64,000 bases of DNA from Eremomyces bilateralis CBS 781.70. Its lineage: Eukaryota. Positions 13,340 through 22,400 of this stretch are shown one piece after another (the stretch's first letter is position 1; the number at the start of each line of letters is the position of its first letter). The position numbers were made by a program, and so were the translations under genes. Location of the stretch: assembly GCA_010015585.1 (NCBI GenBank), contig ML975157.1; one strand, given 5' to 3'. A model generated the notes under the pieces. The model searched no databases and was not told the DNA's origin. It worked only from the letters and a program-made list of their open reading frames with translations.

Positions 13340-14713
13340 TGTAGTTGATAAACATCCCTTCAGCACGCCTTGCAAGTCCAACTCCTCCCAAAGTTCCCAA
13401 GAAGCGACTCACGACGATGTTCATGAACGAATACTTCAAGAAATCAACAGCTTACACAGATACTAGAGTCTTCTATGAGAAGTACTTTGAGGAAAGCCAT
13501 AATCGGATGAGGCCCAGCGGATCCCTGATGTGGTGAATCAGTACGTTGTTGGCGAGCGCTGGACAGATTATCCGCAAATTCCGCGTCCAGACGCAAGCCT
13601 GATGTCTTCATGGATTCTCTTGGTGCTTCCACTAGCAACAGGCAATACAACCGGAATGGTATACAAGTAATATCAGAGCAAAAACACAGCAAAATACCAG
13701 GAAGACAGACGGACGAGTTAGTCAAGTTCTGCGGCTATGCTCGAGAGGTGTTCGCAAGCCGCCCTACACGTCGTTTTCTCCTTGGATTCATCATCCGTGG
13801 ATCTTCTATAGAGCCTTGGCTCGTCAAGAGGTCTAGCCTGTACAACCGCGAGCCATTCGACATCCATCAAGATCCAAGGCGATTCATTAAGATTATGGCT
13901 GGCTATGCTCAAAGAGGACGGACGGTAAGAGGAGCGACTGTACCTGGAAACCACACCTATTGCATTTCAGCGGGTAATTGTGCTCAGAGGGACTATCTAT
14001 TATCCAGCAACGAGAGATGATTCCAAACAGTGGGATTTCGTTGTCAAGTTCGCGTGGCGATCGAATAAGAGCAGGGTAGAAGGGGGAACTCTTGCAGCTG
14101 GCGAAAGGAAGAAACATAGGGGGTGTTGCAAAGATTTCTTGCCTGCTTGACCTTGAATCGATCGCAGATTTGCCCAAACGAGTGCAGTTGGACAGGCTAA
14201 AATTTTCAGATCGGCCAGAGGAAATGACGGATACATTGCAGCATGCTAGCGAATACGCTTGAAGGAACCATGGCAACTATCGACGCCTCATCCACTGGAG
14301 GGAAACGGAGGAGAGAGGACGAATCGTTTCCATGCAGTCGGTCGGAGCGGTTAAATCCTTGAAGCCTGATCAAAGCGGAGATGATTGATTCGCCAAAGTC
14401 AACCAGCGGGCCGCCGAGAAATCAAACCCAAACAGTCTCGCGGCTGTCGAAGTTGAGGACGATGGGTCATTTGGGAATTGGATACCTTCTTGCCCGTTAT
14501 TTCACCTCCGGACGACCGCTCCGTGAATTCCGTCCAGTCGTAGAATTTCTCGAAGCCTGTCACGATTTCATCAGAGGGCATCGGACCCTTTACAACGATG
14601 GGAGGATACTTCAACGGGATATATCTGACAACACCATTATCATCATTGATGCCGATTTAGATGGAGATCTAGGAGGCATGCACATCGATTTGGACCTGGC
14701 AAAGGAACAATGA
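13340..14713 (+). pseudogene. Decayed FunK1-type fungal protein kinase (Pkinase_fungal)
   Basis: Fragments in shifting frames with stops and deletions: HERILQEINS, FYEKYFE, GYAREVFASRPTRRFLLGF, PFDIHQDPRRFIKIMAGY, VVKFAWRS, GRPLREF..EFLEACHDFIRGHRTLYNDGRILQRDISDNTIII, GMHIDLDLAKE. Confidence 0.8.
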
Positions 14714-15496
14714 TGAAAATCATGAGGTCCACTTGGAATTGAGAGCAGCACTGGGATTTATATCCATTCAATAATGACCCGCATTATTGTGTACTGGTAT
14801 TGCATGCAACGAGCCGAGAACTAAACGAGCGTCTGCAGCATATCAATACTCCGACCAGACATCAACGTCAGAATAAATGGCTGTTGTGGCGTTAAGTTAC
14901 AGGTCGTTCAACGTTACAGCCTTTTCGGCTAAGCGGAATCTTATTTGGTTCTTTTTCTTGATAAGCGAATGCTTGCTCATACTTATGCCACTGTACTTGC
15001 TGTTGTTAGCGAAAGGTGTGAGACAACTTAGTCGAAACAACAACATGATGTCCGAGACAAAGACAATGCAAAAGTGGGGATGAGAACCTCAACTGGGACA
15101 GGACACAGGCTGCAGCCAATAATTTGTCGACAGATCACACACCAGTTAAACGCTAAGCCAAAAACAGCAATTTCCAAAATCCAAAATCCGAAATTCGAAA
15201 TTCGAAATTCGCAGTTGAAAGAGACAACGAAACGATGCCAAAAACATTTCACAAACCTCGCTCGTGTTTAAACTCCAAGTCTATATTGAAAATTTGCCCC
15301 CTTGATGGCCGAGAGGGGTTGTAGTGCTCAACTTTCCTCAAACAAAATCACCAAAATATTCGAGCGCTGCAATCCCTGTCGGCCATCAAGGGGATAGATA
15401 CCAGTACGTGTATATATATATATATTGGTTGCTACGCCATTCTCTACATTCAATAGTCCCTTCGCATCTTCCGTATCCTCCAACAGCACGAACAAG

Positions 15497-16260
15497 ATGA
15501 GCCAGCCTAGTCTCAGTTCTCTCGATGATTTCGAGTCCATTTCCGAGTATATCGACACCCAAACCGGAAGTGTCCGATACCCAACCTGCGAGCTTTTTCA
15601 TGATGGTTATGAGTACTTCGGCCAGATCTTCAAGCCAAAACATTCCATCAAACTTCCAGAATACAGCGAGGCGTTGAGAATGGTCCTCGACGAAGAGATA
15701 TACTTAGAGATTCTGTAGGACTTGGATCTTACCGTTGTACCCAAACAAAATCAGGTTATATCAAAAGACGCAACTTGTCCATCTACACGCTGGTCGAAGA
15801 CACTCCCCATCTAGGAGCCATTCTTCATAATGAAGGCCAGATTATACAACAAATAAGCAAAGTGCCACACCCAAACATTATCGGCTATCACAGCGTCCAG
15901 GTTCACAACTGCAGGATAACTGCAATCGTTTTGAATCGGCAGAAAAGTAACCTATTGACATAGTTACCTCAAGCATGGGGGAAAGATCGAGATTTGGAAA
16001 TTTATGACGCCATTGGCATCTACAGTTATCTACCTACACCCTCTCAATCTCGCCCACAATGACTTCAACCCGGAGAACATTACGGTCGACGACGACGTAG
16101 CCCAGTATTAATCGATTTCGAGTCCTGCCAAAGGCCAGGACAGCGGGTTATATCTGCCGGTACCCCGGGGTGGGCCTTTGAGGAGTTCACGCATTCTAGC
16201 AAGCAACACGATAAGTTCGCCCTCGGGGCGTTGTTGCTGTGGTTGCAAGGTTCGACTTAG
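15497..16260 (+). pseudogene. Decayed small Ser/Thr protein kinase-like gene
   Basis: Frameshifted and stop-interrupted pieces: DEEIYLEIL*, YIKRRNL, NEGQIIQQISKVPHPNIIGYH, LAHNDFNPENI, PVLIDFESC, AGTPGW, HDKFALG. Confidence 0.78.
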
Positions 16261-16749
16261 GATAGAAGTATGGGGTATTTAGAACGCTCTGGAACTGGGA
16301 TGGAGGGAATGGGAGTTCATGGAATTAGGGTGGACACCATCCGGTGGTGCCCTTATGCCTAGTTAGATCCAACGTCTAATAAACTCTAGGTTGCTAATAT
16401 TTCCGATGGCGGATATCTCAGTATCGGGAGAACTCTGTGGATCTTTGGAAATCTCCCTGAGTCCACGCGATAATCCGCATGCTGCACCCGTGACTCTTTT
16501 CATGAACGCGGTAGATGAGATCGTAGACGAAAAGGAGGAGGCTCTGAACCTCAAAACCGATATCACTCAGCTGGTAAGATCCATACCGCCGCAACGCCTG
16601 AAACGCTCTGCGGGCGATCCGTGATAGGTAGACCGTTTGCTCACAGATGTAAATAGCAATCGTAGTGAGAGAGATCTTTTCCTTTTCTCTGTAGCAATTC
16701 AACAGCGTTACTAGCTTACAAATCCTTCGTGGTTTGGGCCTTGACACCA

Positions 16750-16779
16750 CAATCTGCAAAAATACAAAACAAAACAAAA
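16750..16779 (-). terminator. Pol III oligo-T terminator tract of 5S copy 1 (a homologous tract at about 16934-16966 follows copy 2)
   Basis: Minus-strand TTTTGTTTTGTTTTGTATTTTTGCAGATTG immediately after the 5S 3' end. Confidence 0.8.
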
Positions 16780-16898
16780 ACATACAGCAATGGGAGTTCC
16801 CACGTGGTCACCCACCGTAGTACTATTCCATCTCTAACCTGCTTGAGTACGGCAGAGCGGACGGGATGCCCTATATTCAGGTTGATGTGGCCGTATGT
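16780..16898 (-). rRNA. 5S rRNA gene, copy 1 (119 nt)
   Basis: ACATACGGCC...CATCCCGTCCGCTCTGCCG..TCAAGC..TAGTACTACGGTGGGTGACCACGTGGGAAC..GCTGTATGT. The terminal helix pairs, and a T-run Pol III terminator follows. Confidence 0.96.
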
Positions 16899-16966
16899 AG
16901 CATTAAGTGAAACTTTTCACAATATCAACCTAGCAATCTGCAAAATTCAACAAAACAAAAACAAAA

Positions 16967-17085
16967 ACATACAGCAATGGGAGTTCCCACGTGGTCACCC
17001 ACCGTAGTACTATTCCATCTCTAACCTGCTTGAGTACGGCAGAGCGGACGGGATGCCCTATATTCAGGTTGATGTGGCCGTATGT
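16967..17085 (-). rRNA. 5S rRNA gene, copy 2 (119 nt, identical to copy 1)
   Basis: Same 119-nt sequence as copy 1 with a 187-bp period, followed by TTTTTGTTTTTG. Confidence 0.96.
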
Positions 17086-17113
17086 ACTAGAAAGTGGATA
17101 TTTTATATTGTTA

Positions 17114-19418
17114 TCCCTTCGGCTGTTAACATGTGTTCGTTGATGCCTGAGGCATATTAGGAGTCAACTTGGTTCGTGCGACGAACATCCAAAGCTCTTT
17201 GAGCTCAAGAGACTTAATACCTTGAATTAGATATCTGGGACATAGACACGTACTATATCCAAGCCACCTAATACAAGCCCCAATCATAAAGTATTCGAAC
17301 GATATTGACCTCGTCTACAAGCCTAAACGCCGTCGGACTGTTGCTGGCTTGCCGCCACAGCCAAAACCTCTCCCCGCATTTGAACCCTTCCAGATACACC
17401 AGTATCGTGAGAACAGCCAGCCACAGCTCCCCGAAAACATCAACCCTTTGTCCGAGACGCTCGAGTTTGATATCTTTAGCCTATTCTTCACTCCCGAAAT
17501 CGTTCAGCATCTCGTCGATACAACCAATGAGAACGCACGTCTTAATCCACCTCTCCCGTCCGGCCGCAAATGGCACCCAGTAACAACCTCCGAGATATAT
17601 GGGTATATTGGTGTCTCAATCTATATGGGTATACATCCAGAAGCTCGTCACGAACAGTATTGGAATACACGGAGAGACCGTGGCTCGTTTCACCCTATCG
17701 TTCAGGACGCGATGGCGCTAAGTCGCTGGCAAAATATTGATCGATATATTGGAACACCTCATAAGCGCAAGCCATATATTCCAGACCAGCCAGACCAGCC
17801 AGAATCGTCGCAGACGAGAAAGAGGAAACGAGAACAGGAGCTCCCGCTTTCGCGAAAGCCAACACCATTTGACAAAGTGCTCTTCCTTAGTGAGCATCTT
17901 CAGACCACATTCAAGCTATTTTGGCTGCCTGGCACCAACCTCGCTGTTGACGAAGCTATGGCACGATTCACAGGCAGAGCGGCCGAGATTGTTAATATCC
18001 CTTCAAAGCCAACGCCCAAAGGCTTCAAAATATGGGTACTAGCCGATCAGGGGTATATCCTCGATTGGCTATTCCATGCTAAAGGAGACAACAAAGGACC
18101 CATCGATTTGGATAGCTTCTTTGTTAATCAAGGCTTTAGTAAGATCCAGTCTGTCGTGCTTGATCTCGTACACCAGCTCCCCGAGACTGGCCGAGACGGC
18201 CGGTATATTATATGGTTTGATAATCTCTTCACTTCAGCTCGATTATTAGCATTCCTTCGTGATAAGGGATTTGGAGCCGCTGGCACTGTTCGTACGACGA
18301 AAACGAAGCGTGAGCTTATCGAGCAGGGGATTCCTGCATCTCAAGCTAGTGAGATTGTTGAGCAGCAAACTGAGCTCGTCGAGACCGACACGCAAAGAGC
18401 CTCCCAGCAAGCCTCCCAGCAGCCACGATCTCGCTTGGCTCGTAAGTGCAAGGCTCCTGTTGTTGTTGCTGAAGACAATCGTGGCCTAAAAAGGAGCCTC
18501 TCGGAGTTGAAGCTAGAGTGGGCTAACAAAATTCCATGGGGAGAACTCTATGGGGAGGTTTCGGACGACCATAAAGTTTTTCAATTCGCTTGGAAGGACG
18601 CTGACATTGTTCTATTCATGTCTACTGTCGACACGGGCGTCGAGACGGTTGAGAGGCGACGTCGGCGGCCTGCTGTAACTGCTACAGGTGCGTTACAGAC
18701 GAGGAAAGTCTTCGGACACGACGTGGTCAAAGTTTTGGCTATCCCGAAGTTTATCGCCCTGTATAATCACTTCATGAAGGGCGTCGGTCAAGCCGACCAG
18801 CTCCGCTGCTACTATTCCACCCAGCGAACCCATCTACAGACGTGGAAGCCGCTGTGGCACTTCCTCCTTGATATTACTGCCGTCAACTGCTATAAGCTTT
18901 TTACTAGCCTCGATCTTCCTGGCTGGCCCCAAAAGCATGCCCATCATAGCTTCCAGCAGAAGCTTGCAAATCACCTGCTCTCGATCGCTTCGAAGTATCG
19001 TGTCTCTCCCCTCATACTACAGAAACAGAAGCATGGGAAAGAGCCAGTTTGGCTCTCAGATATGCTCGGTTCCTGTACGAGCTGTAAAGCAGCTAGGAGA
19101 GGGAGAGATACAGCTCAACACCGAAAACCTCTCTCGAACCTTTCAGTCAATTCAATCCCTAGGCGAACAGGACTAGAGCAACGAGCACCTCGAACACGTT
19201 ATGGGTGTCCAGTATGTCACTTAAGCTTTTGTAGAACAGGCCCCTGTTGGGCTGAGCACTTGCGTGCAATTATGGTATAATCTCCTAGTCCTAAATAGCC
19301 GTCTTATATTGCTCTTCAAGTATATTAGCTGTTTGGGAGAGATTGCAGTCGTTGCGGAATATTTATGGTATAGTTAGTGCCTCAGGCACCAACGAACACA
19401 TGTTAACAGCCGAAGGGA
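17114..19418 (+). mobile_element. piggyBac-family DNA transposon, 2305 bp, with 41-bp terminal inverted repeats
   Basis: TIRs at 17114-17154 and 19378-19418 (TCCCTTCGGCTGTTAACATGTGTTCGTTG[A/G]TGCCTGAGGCA, 1 mismatch) are flanked by TA on both sides and enclose one transposase ORF. Confidence 0.93.
17286..19280 (+). CDS. piggyBac-type (DDE_Tnp_1_7-like) transposase, probably inactive; start uncertain
   Basis: Stop-free frame 17226-19280. Motifs AVDEAM, IPSKPTPKGFKIW, WFDNLFTS, GTVR, YNHFMKGVGQADQ and a C-terminal Cys-rich region (CTSC..CPVCHLSFC..PCWAEH). No in-frame ATG before 17625. Confidence 0.88.
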   Translation: MKYSNDIDLVYKPKRRRTVAGLPPQPKPLPAFEPFQIHQYRENSQPQLPENINPLSETLEFDIFSLFFTPEIVQHLVDTTNENARLNPPLPSGRKWHPVTTSEIYGYIGVSIYMGIHPEARHEQYWNTRRDRGSFHPIVQDAMALSRWQNIDRYIGTPHKRKPYIPDQPDQPESSQTRKRKREQELPLSRKPTPFDKVLFLSEHLQTTFKLFWLPGTNLAVDEAMARFTGRAAEIVNIPSKPTPKGFKIWVLADQGYILDWLFHAKGDNKGPIDLDSFFVNQGFSKIQSVVLDLVHQLPETGRDGRYIIWFDNLFTSARLLAFLRDKGFGAAGTVRTTKTKRELIEQGIPASQASEIVEQQTELVETDTQRASQQASQQPRSRLARKCKAPVVVAEDNRGLKRSLSELKLEWANKIPWGELYGEVSDDHKVFQFAWKDADIVLFMSTVDTGVETVERRRRRPAVTATGALQTRKVFGHDVVKVLAIPKFIALYNHFMKGVGQADQLRCYYSTQRTHLQTWKPLWHFLLDITAVNCYKLFTSLDLPGWPQKHAHHSFQQKLANHLLSIASKYRVSPLILQKQKHGKEPVWLSDMLGSCTSCKAARRGRDTAQHRKPLSNLSVNSIPRRTGLEQRAPRTRYGCPVCHLSFCRTGPCWAEHLRAIMV

Positions 19419-22400
19419 TAGGTATTTCTCAAAATCTATTTTGCCTCAACACTGGGGTGGTGATAGGAAACTCCTAGTTGCACCTCAAGATTACTCACAG
19501 TCCCGCCATATCTATATGAAGATAAGCTAGGCGGTTCTCTAGACATATTGTGGACTTCGCTATCGACTTGGGTTGTCGAGGGCCGTTCTCACGATGATCA
19601 TATGGTGCTTATGATATTCAATGCAACTAACATCGCGCGTCATCTGAAGTGGGATCGACTCTGAAACGTGGAGAAAGAGGTCTGCAAGAAGAGATGAAAA
19701 GTTGCGAAGTAACTATAACTCGTCATGTTGTACTGTTGAGTGACTTAGACACTGGCGATATAGGAGATTGTGAGTATGTCTTTTGGCCGCTGCAAACATA
19801 TCAGTGGTAGTGCGGTACCTACACGATCGAGGCTTATTATCCATGTGCTTCCCGAAATCATGGTTAGCCTTATTGTTAAAAACCAGAACATTGGATACTG
19901 TAGAACGATGTTGAGCATCAGTGGATAGCGATCGGATCGCCGTTGCCATGCGTCGCCCCTATTCCTTGAGACATGCTTTGAAACTGACGGATATCCGCAA
20001 GTTATTCAAGCGTGGCCAAAGGTTGTCAGTGATGTCACATGGTCCGGAACATCGGAGTCAATGCTCTCCTTTCCGCATCATGTTTATGGTTCATGGAAAC
20101 TGGGTCAGTAGTCAGCACCGATGAATGTCCGAGCATTCAGATATCTCTTGGAAAAATGACTCTGCTGGCATACCGAACAACATTCATCTGTTCATACCCA
20201 GCAAGGAATGTCGAGCAGCCCACAGCTTATCGAGTAATTGGAATTCTCCGAGGCCTAAACGAGTAGTGCTGTAGTATCAAGACTTGGCATAAAGGAAAAT
20301 GGTCTAACGTTGGCCGGACAAGGACGAAGTATGAAGATAATATTGAAAGGTAAACAGTGGTCAGTGATCGACAACCCTCCCGGTCACATCGAGCCCGTTG
20401 ATTCGTGGTTCGATGGTGATATTGGCTGGAACCATTATCCCCACGCTCTAACCAGCCCCTGACTCGCAGAAAGATTACTCTAATACTTCTACCTTTGTTA
20501 GAAAAGGTCTAGGTTATCCCACGACTCCTATCACAATATCACAAGATCATACGTAAATACACTAAACAGGGTCCTCGACCCACTGCAACGAGCAACAAAG
20601 AACAAACGGTCGCTCCTCCTGCACAGACGTCGAACACCCTGCAAAAGTGCGGAGATGGCTGGTCTTGGCTCACTTGGCTTTTTGCTGGCGTAGGCTAAGC
20701 CTGAAGAAAAAAAAGGGGGGATCGGGAATCGAGTGATCGAGAGCGTGCCACCCTGAAGCCCGTGGACATGTTTTGGAAATTAGCTTTGCATCTTGACAGT
20801 TACAGGCGGGTCTCCAAGACTTGAGCACTGGAGGCTAGTTCATCGTTAATTATGGAGCGCCCTGGTACGGAATATCGAGTTGAGAAACAAAAGTCGGTGG
20901 CGTTGATTCTGGGCTTTGCCAACCCGAATAACTCGACGAGTTGGGAAGATCGAAGAGCCTGAAAAGTCGCCGATACGTTCAGGTCATAGTTCACCACGGA
21001 TACAGACACATGAACCGAGTCATGACGACGCCCTTCCAAGCAATATATTGAGCCTGTCGACTCGCGTTGCGCGAGGAAAATCCGGGAACATCATCGGGAA
21101 ATTCGGGATATAATTCTCGGCGCTAGATGGGCGATTTTCCGAGCCGGGACAGCCGCTGGCTCAGCGGGCACAGCTAAGAAGATACCATGTTGGGTCGTGC
21201 GAGCAGAAGTACAGCAAGACGGGGTTGGCTTGTGGTAAAAATCCTGTCTAGCTGCTGGCGTCTGCTTCGTGATTCGTAATTCATAACTTTGTGGTGGACG
21301 ACTTGCAAGTTGATATGTGTGCTCAACTGGCTGTATATAGAAGAGTTGGGATAGGTAGATATCGAAGGCTTTCATCGTGTATGCCTCTGTACAGGTACTA
21401 TGTAAACTTCCTCAGCGCGATTAGTTTCACGGAGATTGGCCTGGGCATTGCTCGGGATATGGCAAGGAATAAATTAATAGGTTAAATACCTATACCTTAG
21501 GCATCGTTAACTTACAAAGTTATTCAAGGAACTGAGACTCAATACCATAACAGCGAGCGGTATTATATATTTTATGGCGACATTTGCCTCTGGTGGATGT
21601 TCCGGAGACCGGAATACTGATGCAACTCCAAGCCGCATAAGTCATTGAGAATCTGGCTCGATATCTTAGGCGCCTCAAATGTTTCGGTCTTCGACATTTC
21701 GGTCGTATTTTGCGAATCATTTCTCAAAGTCAAGCATTGATTTTTCATGTTTCGCTTTTTCACTGTTATGTCTCCATATCCCAGGAATAATGAGGAGAGG
21801 GATATCAGATGGCTAATGCGAATGCTGAGGACTTGGGCCACTAACATTAGACCAGCTTCGCCGGTCCACATACTAGGTCGACACACCAATACACCACCGA
21901 ATGAGACAGCCATGCGATGTTGCTAAGGATTGCTGGATACACGGCATTGTTGCAGCCGGAGGCATACAATGAGCCTTTTAATTGCGCCCTCCTTACGGAA
22001 TAGACCCTACCGTATTACGAACTCGTACTCTCCAATATCATCCGATCCCTGAATCGTCGAGACGTCGACGGATAGATCATGGATGTGTTCCGCAACTGTG
22101 GGAGCCGGAGGGCGACGTCAGATCTGGTGTAAGGATCTGAGTGTCGATCTCACGTAGCTCACTTCACAGACCACAGTTCACCCCTTTCTGGGAAGTGGGA
22201 CTGGCATACGGACCGAATGCGATCATGATCGTCTGGTCCGTGGGCATTTGAGTTTTGACACTCGGCACTACGAACATTGCCGTTCCGGACTCCACTGTTG
22301 CTCAGTACAGTAGCATTACTATGATTTAAAGAATCTGATCATATGTACTGTACAAAGGTAAGTATGTACAGAGGCCGCATAGGTACAGTTGATACCGTTT

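Noticed and set aside
15170..15425. Short heptamer repeats (CCAAAAT/CGAAATT) and a TA microsatellite; similar 3-unit repeats near 34153, 52500 and 57405
   Set aside because: Ordinary slippage repeats with no spacer structure; not CRISPR-like.
20700..20760. tRNA-like TCGATTCCCG followed by a T-run on the minus strand
   Set aside because: No cloverleaf, acceptor stem or A-box could be built.
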